A DNA stretch of 64,000 nucleotides, taken from NCBI GenBank assembly GCA_036172245.1, contig JAYWIR010000002.1, forward strand, positions 7,378,001 through 7,442,000, in the 5' to 3' direction. The notes under the pieces were generated by a model. That model was not told the DNA's origin. It made no database searches and worked only from the letters and a program-made list of their open reading frames with translations. Positions within the stretch are counted from its first letter, which is position 1. The number at the start of each line of letters is the position of its first letter. Positions 48,201 through 60,499 of this stretch are shown in pieces. Position numbers and translations under genes: made by a program. The DNA is from Raillietiella orientalis. Taxonomy: Eukaryota.

Positions 48201-48696
48201 GTTCCGCCAGGCGTCGGACGTCGGCATTCCTGGAGTAGAGACGGAGCTGTAGGTAGGCCCCCAATGCTTCGCCAAAACCCGGGAGAAGACGGTTCAGGGG
48301 TAACTGGTCGCAGAACTCTCGGACTGAGCTCTTCATTTCGTCCCAGTCCGGGGACATCCGCAGCTGGAATTCTCTCAGAAGCGCGCCGAGATGCTCCGCT
48401 GCTCCTGAGAGGCGCAACCAGTCCACTGGCAGGAGCCACGTTTGAGAGGGCTGACCTCTTCCTCGCGGGTGTATGTCGAGCACAAGTCGCGGATGGTCGG
48501 ACAGCTCTGATAAGAGTGCTCCACGATTTGCCACCCGTACGCGCACAGGTGGTCGTCGAGGAGCATGCGATGAATGCTGTTCGCCGCCTCGGCATCTGCG
48601 GCCAACAAGTTGCGCGTGTGCATGGCTGCGCACATCTCGTTGACCATGCGCGCTCGTATATCGCGCGCACACCTGCCACCAGGCGAACGTTAAAGT
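45290..48696 (-). mobile_element. LINE copy or copies: partial endonuclease, RT, zinc finger, 3' UTR
   Basis: FNVRL, EFYQCF, NWWPITLLNAD, VDLSKAF, GIRQDDSLS, YADG, CAECGE. Confidence 0.9.
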
Positions 48697-49760
48697 TTTC
48701 CACTCGGTCACGCCGGGCCGTTTGTTTTCATAAGCCAGTTGGGAAGGAAAGTTCCCAATCGCCGAATACAAGATGCAAAGGGGAGGGTCCTGCGACACGC
48801 AGGCCGGGAAAACGAGATGTCGAGAACGGGTGAGGGAGAAGGGGACAAACAAAGAGAAAAGTAATGAGACTGGGTTAGTTGTGGGACTGGGATCTTGGGA
48901 CGCGCTCCGCACGCACCGGGAAACCAGTCAAAGAAAAGGAAAATACCGGGAAATTTGTGGAGCGACCAGGCACAGGGAATCAAGAAAAAAAAAGAATTTA
49001 ATGAATAAGGGGGGGGGGGGGGTAAAGGGATCTCCTTCTTGGTTTTCTCGTCAAGCTGATGCCAGCTTGCAGCCGCACCGACTTACGTGGCTGCCATCGC
49101 GGTGACATCCCTTCACCGCCTGGAGGTCTCCACCACATTTCGGGATGCGACGATGGCGCGTATGCAACCTACGGTTGCGATCACCGCGCTAGTCGTTTGT
49201 CTTGTCGGTGCGAAGAACCTCCGCAACACATCTCGAGCGGTGTCCTCCTGGTGCAGCAGTGCTGCTATCAGCCTTCGCCATCGTTCATGAAGCACACCGC
49301 AGTCTAAAAGCAGGTGCGAGAACGACTCCGTCGACCCACACCTGCCACAGTTAGGGGAATCAATCCCACGGGAAACACGATGCCGTCGCTCGTTGCACTG
49401 GAAACCCCAGTGCACGAACGGCAGCACGTCCATTCTCCAACCAATTGGAAACACGGATGTGTAAGCACAGTTTGGCGGGACCACTGACACTTCTGGGGCG
49501 ATGTCTAACAGTTCGCCACACCGAACAAGTCCCGAACAAGCAGTTGTGCGCAAAGTAGCAGCATCTGCCACCTGGCGCGTGTTCCAGCCAGCCACCGAGG
49601 ATGTAGTGCAGGAAATCTCTCATCTCGCCGGCAGGCTACTGTCTTCTCTTGCCCTGAGGGCAGACAGCGCTGCGGCAAGGGGAGTGGCGGCTACGGTGCA
49701 CCACTTCGCGACGTCCCCGGCTATCAGGTGCGCCCTTCGCACGTCTGCCTCGGCCAGCCA
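48697..49760 (-). mobile_element. LINE 3' portion (second subfamily)
   Basis: CGRCGSTESFSHLLLDC; terminus aaacggcccggcgtgaccgagtggaaa. Confidence 0.88.
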
Positions 49761-52700
49761 ATCTCGCCGCGTGTCTTCGGGCAACGCAGTGCGTGCAGCG
49801 ACGTACAGCTCCAAAGCGACAGCGACCCTCGGCGCTGGTTGCTTATTTACCGGGGCTGTTTCGCGCGTTCGGGCTGCTCGCCTGCCTACGATTCTTTGCC
49901 TGAGTGGCGGTCTCGAGCAAATCCGGTGGCCGGAATCTTCCACTGCCTTGCTTGTCCGCTTTCGGAATGGGCGCTGCACACTGGCTGCTGCGTTTCCGTT
50001 CCAGGAAGCGGGAAACCGCGTCTAACCGTACACCGCCCAGTGTGAATTCCGAGGCGGAACACTTCAAGTCCTCCGTCGCACGCGTAACCATTCCTGTGTG
50101 AAGAGAAGCGCGCGCAGTTTCCATCCGCCACCGGGATTGTGGGCGCACTTGGGGGCAGGAGGCACCGTCGCAGCTGGAGTCTTTCGGTTGCTCTTCCTGG
50201 TTTGCATCTGACTGCCTTCCTCGTGCGGGATTCGCGTCCCGTGCACTTTTATGTTCTGCCAATTCGTTGCGTGCAGGTGGCTTCCTGGGCGGGATGCCCG
50301 CAGCGACGCGCATCTCTAGCAGTGCTCGTCACTTACTGGACCTCTGCTGCACGAACCCGCATTTCTTCCGATGTTTTCGCTTTCGTGCACACAGTGTTCG
50401 CCATGTTGCCTTTTGCTACACGCGAGCTTTTCGAACCGTGCCCTCACCTCCGTTTGCGGATATGTAGCGGGAATCGGGATGCTGGCAGCAAAGAAAGCAT
50501 GTGCAGGAAGCGTTCAGGGAACCGCGCAACCGCTCCCATGCGTGCGGAGGTCAGGCGTGTTTTCGACGCCGGCTGAGCGAACGAAAATGCGAAACGTATG
50601 ACGTGCGAGATGCGACAGGCGTCATCACGTCCTGCAACCCATCGACGTTCCGAGATTAGAATATTCCGTTTAACGCCTCTTAGCGAGTAACGTGCCTTTC
50701 GAACCATCTTGGAAATCGTTTGAATGCTCGGTGGTCGTGTTCCTGAATGCTGCGTCTCGTCCTTTCCTCTCTCCTCATTCTGAGATGCACTTTCCCTGCA
50801 ATCTGCTCTGCGATCCGAGTGGCTAGCATCCATCGTTCTACCTTCCGAAGACACTGAATGCAGAACTCGCTTGGGATGGTGGCGTATTGCGCCACGTTCG
50901 AGGCAGGGAGTTGCGCTCTTTGCCTCATCCGTTTTCCTCAGTGCTGTCAGATGGTGGGCGACCTCGAAAGCATTCCGTGCTTGCCTGGGCGCTCGCTGGA
51001 AACCGTCGCGTTTCCCCGGGCGCTTCCTTTGCCAGAAATCGGGAAACTGGCTTCCGGATGCCGTCGACCGGACGATCGTGCCACGGAAGCCAGAACGCAC
51101 CGCCGCAGCTGCCAACGACGTCCGCTTGCCTGCGATTCGAACGAAACTGTGCAATTTCTTGCTTGCTGTACTACGCACTCAATCCCGCCACCGTGCCCCG
51201 GAATGGCACGATTCGCATTCGAAGGGTTAGCGCACAGAGGTTTTTCTAGCATGTGTTGATGACAGGGGTATCAGCTGCAAGCTGCTCATGCCTGCTGTCG
51301 TTTCTTCTGCTGTTCGACGACGAAGAAAACACTCACCTCCGCGGCTCCCGCGTACTTGGAAGTGTGGAACCTCTGATCGGGAGAGGGTACTTTGTTCCCG
51401 AAGTGAGCGCACGTGGACTCCCGGTGCGAGCAGTCCAGCTGCCGTAGACTTGCGGACTTGTGTGCTCTCCTTGCGTCGCATTCGGGTGACCGCCGCGTGT
51501 CTGGCGTGCACGCAAGTTTCACGCTCCATCCGTGGCTACGGATGAGAGGCAGAGGCCCCATCGGAAAGAGAACCCTTGCGTTGGGAGCATGAGAACGTCC
51601 CAACTCTGCTGCTCACCACTGAGAAAGTAGCTGTGGGAGTCGTGGGGCGTGTGCCGTGACCGCTGGTTAACCAAAGGATTTGTTGGCTTCCTGCGAACGT
51701 GGCTACAGTAGCGGATGCTCAGCCTGGAATGGTCGGATGGGAGGTGGAAATTGCAATGATGCGCGGCGAGGAATGGGCGATGGCGAGTTGAAGAAGGCTG
51801 GAGAGACGCACGCTGTGTGCTTTCCATCCGTACCTGTTTCGAGTCCGGAAGTATCCTTCGTGTCGTATTTGTTGCTCCTTCAGGGCATATGAGGTGAACC
51901 AAGAGGCACGTTTGTTTGTGGTGGCAACGATCGCGCTGGTGGTGAGCAGGCTGGTGAGCGTTATTTTCCGATGGAATCCTTTCTTCTTGTTTCGTGATTG
52001 CTTGCATTGCGAGTGAGCGCTGTGTACCGCGGGACAGTCGTGTTGGTATTTCGATCGCGCTGACGGGTGCTGCGTGGTCGGTCGGGAAGGGTTCCCGGAT
52101 TCCATGTTGATGCTGCTGGGCAGCTGCACTGTCGCCGTTGACGAGGAGTACGAGGTTGTGGCTTCACAAGTTTCTCGCTGCTGGAAAGGATGGCGGCGCA
52201 TGTGACACTGTGAGTTGCGGTTGCTAAAGCAGGTAGGGCGTGGGATGCTGCATCTCAAGGAGTTGTCCAGCTAGGGTGGCTATCACGTTGTACTTGGTGT
52301 CGCTCGTGTCCTCGCAGCAACGTTCCAGGTTCCGCAGTGGGGTATGCGATCGGGTGTGCAATTGGGGGAATTTGCCTGAGAATTGATGTGGATGGGTTGC
52401 GTCCTACTCTGCAGCGACGAAATGATTGGCATCGATGTCGCGCTGGCGATTGCCGATCCTTGGGTGTGGTGCGAAGCAGGAATGACGTGAGGGAGAATAT
52501 CGGTTTTTGATGGTGCTTCCCTTTGCACGGTTGGTGGGGTTTCTCCATGGGCGCGTCGGGATGGTACGTACTGCGTGTGCCGAATGTTGGTGTGGTGCTG
52601 TCGGAAAAGGTTTGGATAGGGATGGTGGGGATGTTGGTTGGTTATCGCACTGTGTTGCTGATTTCGGACTTTTTCGTGATTGCTGACTCGGCATGGTTGT

Positions 52701-52870
52701 GGAAGAGGTCCAATGTTGCACGATGTCCTTTGCGGAGAGGCGCATGCTGGTTGCGAATAGGATTGTTGGTCGATTCGAGTGATGGTGTTGAGGAAGAAGA
52801 CTTGAGACCTAGTCATGGTTTTGGGGGGTTTTCGGTGTTCAGCGGAATTTATTATTATCATTAATATTTA
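49760..52870. other. Unidentified strand-skewed insert with decayed coding-like frames
   Basis: G/T-rich on +, no LINE motifs recognised; part is duplicated at 38960-39405. Confidence 0.35.
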
Positions 52871-54049
52871 TTAATGGAATGTAACTAGTATTTAATGGCG
52901 GAAAAATAATTTCGATTTCGAAAAGGCAAGTCTTCTGGATCATCCTGATGGAAGAAACGGTGCTGCGATTGAGAGGTACTTGGAGTTTGCTTTTCAGCTT
53001 GTCGATTTTTATTTTAGTCTGTAGGCAGCCCAGGTCTCCATCTTCCTTAAAGTTTCTGATGGTAATGGTAATCCTTGCGACATTCTTCAACGCCATATGG
53101 TGACAAATGCATGAAGCAATTCCCTTCCCATCCGGTTTCCTAGTTTTGACCTCACGTTGCCTTTCAGCCAAGAGATCAGTTGAGCATCAGACGTCAATGA
53201 TTACTAGGATCTTGTATTGGTTCAAATTATCCTCATGTTGTTAGCCCGAAGGATTCGGGTTTACTCCACCTGGTTGTCACATGAAATGAAAATGGGACAA
53301 TTTCGAATTGACTCATTTTGCAAACAGTTGTTCCACGTGACAACGGAGCTCCTCACGAATAACGTGGTTAAGCATGAAAATGCTACAAGCAGTGCTTCGA
53401 AGCGTTTGAAGTACGTAACTGATAAATGTTTACAAAAGGGAGTAACGGTGAATTCAAAAAATGAATGTCATCTTGATATGCATGCCCACGATTTGATTCA
53501 AGAATTACAAGAGCACATTTACGCTTATTTAGGTTATAAAATGAAAACGTTTGCAGTCGGAACACGCCGCCCACCACGCAATGGAGAAGCTGGAAGAATA
53601 AACCGTGCAACACGAAGAAGGAAGATGTTTGTCCAGGGCAAAATCTACGGCATGTTAGATCACTCCCCATATTAGAGGTGAATGCATCACTGGTACCAAA
53701 ACAAACACACCCGATGGCAAAATGTGCCACGACCCTCATGATGCCTTGTTTTATGGTTCTTATCAACAGCCTTTCAAAATGAGGACGTGAAAACACAATT
53801 TGTTCATTTCTTCCCTTATATTTTAATGCAGTAATAAATAGAGTGAAGTGAGGCCACGCTTAACCAAGCTACTAGATCAAGAATTGAAATGATATATATC
53901 TATATAGAAATAGTATACATCATAATTTTACATTGTGAAAGAATGTTATTCCATAATTATATAGAGAAGATTTGAAAAACTTGGTCAACGTATTTTCTAT
54001 TACATTGTGATGAAAAATATTTTCATTTTTGCTTCGGTTTCGGGCGACA

Positions 54050-54400
54050 GCGAGTATCCGACTTTCCAGATCTTTTTTTTTTTCAAGGAGTTGACGAGGA
54101 GAAGAGAGGAATTTTGAGGCGAGGGGTGGATTTTCCACAAAAGGAAAAACGTTTGAAGGGGTTCGACCAAAATTGGGGGAACTCTTAGACGAACTCCCTT
54201 GCCGGACGCTTGCGAGGTTTCCCCAGAGCTTTGCAAAGACCGCAAGATCTCTTCTTTCAGTTTGGGAAGAGGACCACAAGCCCGGTTCGATTGGATGCTT
54301 GGATAAATGCAGTGCTGAAAGGATGGGAAAAAAGGGCTTGGAGCATTTCAGGAGCAAGCAGTTGCATTGCAATCGGAGGAAGCAATTTGTGGAAAGCGAA
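54050..54400 (+). mobile_element. Mariner (Mos1-like) transposase remnant
   Basis: LGELLDELPCRTLARFPQSF...RRKQF resembles L..LLDED..QT..LA...RK.FL. Confidence 0.5.
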
Positions 54401-54404
54401 AATC

Positions 54405-54845
54405 CTCATTTATAGGTATCCTCCCAATAAAAATAATAAAAACATTGAAATTTGCAACAATCACATTGATTATCTCAGAAATTTTCTTATTCGTTTCCTT
54501 CTTTGGATCATTCTTCCATTCCAGACCAACAGTCAATCTACAATTTCGATTTTCCTGACCTCCACCCAATCTTGCCCTACCCTACACCACAGAAGTTGGC
54601 ACCATACTTGGCACCATTCTCCGGCTAAGATCAGTTATCTCAGTTACATGAACACATCACTCTCTCTCAAAAAGAAACGATTCCCTCTCATTTTTATCCC
54701 TACTTGTTACTATCACAAGTGGATTCATATTCCTTACAACTCAAGCCATAGAATACTTCATACTCGAATTCTCTATTACAGATTCAATTTTCCGTTCAAC
54801 ATTCTTCATCGCAACAGGATTCCACGGTTTGCACGGTTTGCATCT
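54405..54845 (+). pseudogene. cox3: cytochrome c oxidase subunit 3 fragment (NUMT)
   Basis: ISEIFLFVSFF.SFFH, WPP, EYF, STFFIATGFHGLH. Confidence 0.92.
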
Positions 54846-55310
54846 CATTCCACCCCACATCTCCATCAACAACCACCCAATCCCCATCAATAAAATTCCA
54901 TCTCCAATACGATTACTCAAAAAAGAAATCATTCCTCCATAATTAGAACCGCAATTCATAGAAAAAATAACCAAACAATAAGAAATAATATCCAACCCAT
55001 CCCAACCCAAAATAACAGTCACTAACCTGCCGCTCATAATCAACAGAAATATTCTCACTACAAACCAAAATACTCCAATAGAAAATCACTTCTTCTTCCA
55101 CTCAATATATTCCCAACTATACATCATAACCAAAAAAGAAATAACCATCACATGCCTCATAAGAAAGAAACACTTATCGTACAAAACAAACAACAAACCT
55201 CATTCCATTCCTCCCAACCTTATCAATGATCACTCTATTAACACCACCCTACTTCAACAAACAAAGCACAAACCCACATTTACAACTATCATCCTCACCC
55301 ACACCACCAT
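54846..55310 (-). pseudogene. nad5: NADH dehydrogenase subunit 5, N-terminal part (NUMT)
   Basis: LGWDGL.IISYCLVI, SNRIGD. Confidence 0.92.
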
Positions 55311-55311
55311 G

Positions 55312-55367
55312 TAATTCAAATTAATTGCGATACCACAAATCGTTATTCTCATTAAACTATCTTGACA
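55312..55367 (-). tRNA. trnH: mt tRNA-His (GUG) pseudogene lacking a T-arm (NUMT)
   Basis: gtcaagatagtttaatgagaataacgatttGTGgtatcgcaattaatttgaat, lying between nad5 and nad4. Confidence 0.7.
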
Positions 55368-55369
55368 TC

Positions 55370-56340
55370 AATACAAAAGCATCATGATCCGAACTACCCT
55401 AGCTACTACACTCATTACAACAACATCAAAATCTTTCATCGTCAACACAAACCCTGCATCCACCGCTATCCTTCCATGACCACATTTACTATTCCTACAT
55501 GTACTGTACTTTCACCAAACAACCCCAATCTTAAAGGACACGACATATTTAAAAAACACAAAATCATAATTAATCCCCGCTACAACTTCATCTCATTCCA
55601 CCCCTCGAATACATTGACCGTCTCCCTAATAATTCAAACATTAAACCACTAATAAAAAAGAAACCAGACGGCACATAACCCTGAGCCACCATCATCAAAA
55701 CACATCCCATCAATCCCATCTCCCCCCTACAATAACCCTTATATGACAAATCGATGAATAAGCCACAATTACCTTATAATCTACCTGTCGAAAGCACATC
55801 AGTCCCCCCACACACACCACCTACCATACTTACCCCTACTAATCATAACCGTACAACTGCATAATGATACTTCCTAAACAACCGTACCATCCCATACCCC
55901 CCCCCCCCCCCCAAACTTCAACATAACCCCAGCAAGGATTATAGAACCATAAGAAATACACTCTACATGAGCTTTTGCAAGTCATAAATGAACTCCATAA
56001 ACTGCAACTTTACAACAATCAACACCATAGGGGTCATCCTACCCTCAAAAAATAGATCAAATATAACAAAATTAACCCTCATAAATCGATAAATCACGAA
56101 TATACCCAAAATCAGTCTCATTCCCCTCAATATCCCCCTCCTGCACTCCCCTGCGTCACCCAAAAAAATAACACCACTGTCATCAATAACAAACAATATC
56201 TCACTCCATCAACGATATAGCGCCTCCACCTAAACATTGCTCCTTACATAAACATCCCATTACCCACAAAAACACAACTCCCCAACACACCCTTCCCCAG
56301 CCACAACCCACACCCATCGCCATAAATAACATAAACATCA
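55370..56340 (-). pseudogene. nad4: NADH dehydrogenase subunit 4 with internal deletions (NUMT)
   Basis: FFE...P, KAHVE, AFDR.VDYK and AHG-like segments. Confidence 0.85.
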
Positions 56341-56540
56341 CAATCCCTAACGTCCAATAATATTAATAGATTGACGATAATCATTACCAAACCACCGCCT
56401 AGCAAGAACAATCCAACATAACCCTATAGCCCCCTCGCAAATACAAAGTGCCATCATAATTAAAATTTCACATCCACTACCGCTTACACGCATTTCTACC
56501 AAAAAAAAAAATAACCCAAACAACCCAACATTATCATTTC
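56340..56540 (-). pseudogene. nad4L: NADH dehydrogenase subunit 4L (NUMT)
   Basis: LCICEGAMG motif. Confidence 0.7.
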
Positions 56541-56699
56541 CAACCTTAAAAGTCCCCTTACAATATGCCGCTTTTATTTAGAAAAAATCTTCATAAACCC
56601 AATCAAAATACAATGACTATACCCATCTCTACTACTGAATCAGTCCTGGATATATCTCCCAACAAATCTCCAGATTAAACCATCATCTACACACCCCTT

Positions 56700-57115
56700 G
56701 CATACTCATAATTACAACCACATCTCTCCTTTACTGTTCACATACCAACCCAATAATCATAGCTCTCTTCCTAGCCATAACTTCACTAACCATTTCCATC
56801 ACCATCAACCTCCTTTCCATAACATCACGACACGCCGTCATCATATTCCTCGACTACGCCGGAGGAATCCTAACCATCTTTTCTGACATAACATCTCTAA
56901 CATAGAACGAATTACCTTAATTCAATTAGACCCCATTATTACTGCTCTTACCCAATTCACCTCAACCCACTTCCCCCTCTTCACCCCACTCATCAAAAAT
57001 CGTACTATCACTACCCAACATTCCAATAACCTGATTCCTCGTATCCTACCTAATACTAACATTAATCATTATCCCATACATAATTTTGCAAACTGAAACA
57101 CCCCTCCGCTCCCTT
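56700..57115 (+). pseudogene. nad6: NADH dehydrogenase subunit 6 (NUMT)
   Basis: YAGGILTIF...ITSL; position immediately before cob. Confidence 0.7.
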
Positions 57116-57120
57116 CTTTC

Positions 57121-57664
57121 ATGACAAACCCAAACAAAAAAATGAACCACACAATGAACATACGCATACCATCAAACGTTTCCTACTCTTGAAACCTGGG
57201 CTCCATAATAGGAATCTTTCTAATTACCCAACTGTTTACAGGCATCATCATTTCTATACATTACACCCCCATACCTCATCAATCATCAACATGATGCACA
57301 ACACCAACAACGGATGACTCGTACGATACGTCCACGCCCACACCGCCTCCTTCTTTCTCATAGCAATCTGCCCACACACTTTCCGCGCATTAAACTCCTT
57401 TTCCTACAAAAACACTGCAACCTGAATATAGGGATTACTTCTACTCATTTTACTAATAGTAACATCGTTTCCTAGGTTATGTCCTTCCTTGAGGACAAAT
57501 ATCTTTTTGAGCCGCTACAGTTATCACCAACCTATTTTCCACCATCCCTCTCATCGGACAACGCATCATCTCATTTTTATGAGGATATTTCTTCGATTCT
57601 TTTCCCTACACTTCATCTTACCCTTCGTCATAATACCCATCTCTCTATCACGCCTATTTTTCCT
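57121..57664 (+). pseudogene. cob: cytochrome b, N-terminal half with deletions (NUMT)
   Basis: [52 protein letters not shown]. Confidence 0.95.
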
Positions 57665-59904
57665 CCGGTCGGTAGCTGCTGCTCGACCATCGAGCGCTAC
57701 GCGATACTGCAGTTAAAGCCATGTCCGCGCGAGAAGGAGTTCGCATCCATGGACCGCCCGAGAGCAGCGGGTAGGTCTGCTCCGAAGTCGCAACAGACTA
57801 CGCGATCCTTCTCCCAGTCGCGCGACCCAAAGCTTCGAGCACAGCTCGATATCAGAATTCACCAAGGTGATCGGACGTCAGTTGTTGAGGTATCGCAAGT
57901 CCCCGCCTTTCGGCAGGAGACGCACCTTCGCTGACAAGATGCACCAGACTGAGAGACCTGACGCTCGGCCTCTTGCTCTTGGCAGCACCTACTTTGAGTG
58001 GGTGCTGAGGGCGTGCAGGGAGACTCTAGCTCGCCTGCCGCGAGCGTGCCCAAGCACACCGTCCGCGTCAGAGTATGCAGACGAGGGCTGCCGCTGCTCT
58101 CCAAGTGCACTCCGCCTTCGGCGCTCGAAACTTTCTTCTGGTAGCTAAGCCATGGAACAGGACTCGAGGTGAACAGGACGAAGTCGTCCGTGGTAGCAGT
58201 CGGTGCGTCGTGGCAGGGTAGCAAGACTGGATCCGCTCGGGTGTCCCCACGGTTGGGTACTTTACGTACCTCGGTGTGCCGTTGCTGGACTATTCTCCTG
58301 AGGAGGAGGCGTCCAGCTGCCTCCAGAAGGCAGAGAAGGCGATCGGCCCGTTCCTGGCTGGCAAGTTTTTCCTGCCGGAACAGGCCGCGGTGTGGAACAC
58401 CTTCGTGGCCCTCCTCCTCCGCCCCCTGCTTTTTGTTTGCCCCACCAAGCGGTGTAAAGAAGAGGACAAAGGAACTCCTGAGGACCGCCTTGTAGGGCGC
58501 AGGGAGTCCCCGAGTCCGCCTGAAGCACTTGCGCGCTCCACGTCGGGACGGCGTTCTTAGCCTCCTGACGCTGGAGCGCGTGGAAATTCAGCTGCGATGG
58601 CGCACCCCCGCCATCGCAGCGAAGATGTGGAGCACCCCTTGGTGCATTCCGGCTCGCCTACTCGCCAGTCGTGTGTCCCGATGCGAAGGACTCGCGTCTT
58701 TTCTTCTGTGCTCCGGCCGGAAGATCCGAAGATGCGGCCTACTGCTCGGGCGCATGGCAACCCTGGCGAAGGAGAACAGCTGGATGGTTTGTAGCCTCGC
58801 CAACTCCTCCGCCTGGCTGAAGGAGACTGCTGGCACCTGGGCTAAGCTAAACCAGAGGAGTGAAGATCCCATGAATTGCCTGCGTGTCGGCCCATACGCC
58901 CGCCGCACCCTGCGGGAAATACTTGAATTTCCCGCGGGTTGCACGTGGGCAGAGAGGACCCCCCTTGCTACGGCGATGCCCTACCTCCGGAGGGCGCTTA
59001 GCGGCATCCAGAAGCCGAGGTGGCAAGTCTCCTGCCGAATCGCAGGCAGGGAGAAGATGTTAAGCGGCTGGACAACAAGAGAACTGGCGGACCCACGCCA
59101 CGGCCCCGAGCGTCCAGCCGAGAGGACTTTTGCGATGGGGTGAGCTGCTCGCCATCCCCATGGATGCGCTGAAGTGGCCCCCGGTGTTGTTGGAATCGAG
59201 GATCCTGCCCCTTAAGTGGCAAGAATCGGCGCTGCTACTGCTGCATTGGGGTTTACCCTGCAACGCACGCCGCTTCCACTGGACAAGGGGAGCGGTGGAT
59301 CCTCAGTGTGCCAGGTGCGGAGAGCGGGAATCGTTCTCCCACCTACTTGTTGACTGTGCTGCCCTCCGACCCCTCTGGGAACGGTTTGGGACGACCCTCG
59401 GGCTCCCGGTGGGCAGCCAACCCAGAGACGTTCTCCGCCTTCTCTTCGTGCGGGACGCCCTTGAGCCAGCTGCAGCCGTGGCAGCACTCTGCTGTATTCG
59501 AGGCATCGTGGCGGCCTGGAGCGATACCTGCGGCGAAGGAGTGGATTCAAATGCGATGGCTGTCATCCCGTATGCTGTTCGCTTCCTGCGGAGAGCTATT
59601 GGATGGCCCCAGCTGGGAAGATTGAAGATGGACATCGAGGATATCCTGCTAAGGATGGACCCTCCTCCCAGTGGACTGTGATCCCTTCCTTTCCCCAAAA
59701 AAACTCTTTTTTTTTTGGTTTACTGGTTTATTTTTCTTTTTGTTTCTCCCCCCATCCCCTTCCACTTCCGAGGAGAGTCACACCGGGCTGCGTCCCGGTG
59801 TCCCGGCAGGTCCGGTATTGCGTGGACGTTAGTGGGGCCTTGTACCACGTTCTGTACTGACAGATGAAGCGTTTTAATAAACGTCCCGGCGTACCCGGGT
59901 GGCA
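57665..59904 (+). mobile_element. LINE copy with a 5' inversion (57665-57935 antisense)
   Basis: Antisense RT N-terminus, then sense STYFE...YAD...zinc finger...AATAAA(59876)-hairpin. Confidence 0.9.
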
Positions 59905-60499
59905 TCACCGACCGACACTATGGACGACTTCGCTCCACCCACTTCCCCCTACCTTAGCCCTGTTCACCTACAGGCCCGCTGCGATAAGGACCTATGGTCT
60001 TCTCGCTCCTCGGTTGGTGGTTGCTTTCGTTTGTGAGTGTGCTGTGCGGAGATTCGGTGGTGGGTAGGGTAGTGGGTAGTAGCCTAACACCACATCACGA
60101 ACGAAGGCCGTGTGTCGATGTCCGCATCGGCCCTAGACGCTATGGGAATGTGGGGGCCCGCCATTGTAGATTTGTCCCCCGCTCCAGCGAGGGCATGGCA
60201 CGCCGCGGCTCCGTTGCCTGCAGCCATGTCCGAGCAAACGATTTGCTTTTAAGAAGGCTATAATACCTTCTTCACAGGGTAGGAATCGCTTACACCTCAG
60301 ATTGCGCGCGCGCCTTCCTGAAGGAGCTGCGCGCTCTCAACGTTAAACAGGAGGAGCCTCGAGCAATGACCTTTCGCAACGGGGGTCAGTACCCTGAGGT
60401 GGTTTGTAAGGAAGCCTGAACGACTGCTGAGGGACTTTTAAGAACTCCCGTTGTGATGGGAGGCAGGAGGCTGCTACCGATCATTGTGGACCGCTAGGT
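59905..60499 (+). mobile_element. Possible LINE 5' UTR and decayed ORF1 start
   Basis: Structured GC-rich leader; ATG at 60226; FLKELRALNV...PEVVC...LLRTPVVMGGRRL resembles an ORF1 RRM-like segment. Confidence 0.35.

Larger units (their letters stand above)
54400..57664. pseudogene. NUMT (nuclear copy of mitochondrial DNA)
   Basis: C/A-rich strand skew; recognisable mitochondrial genes using TGA=Trp, with frameshifts and internal deletions. Confidence 0.93.

Noticed and set aside
52900..53800. GPCR-like or transposase pseudogene
   Set aside because: Only a vague hydrophobic resemblance, with many stops.
54210..54893. 227-aa + ORF
   Set aside because: Out-of-frame reading across the mariner remnant and cox3 NUMT.
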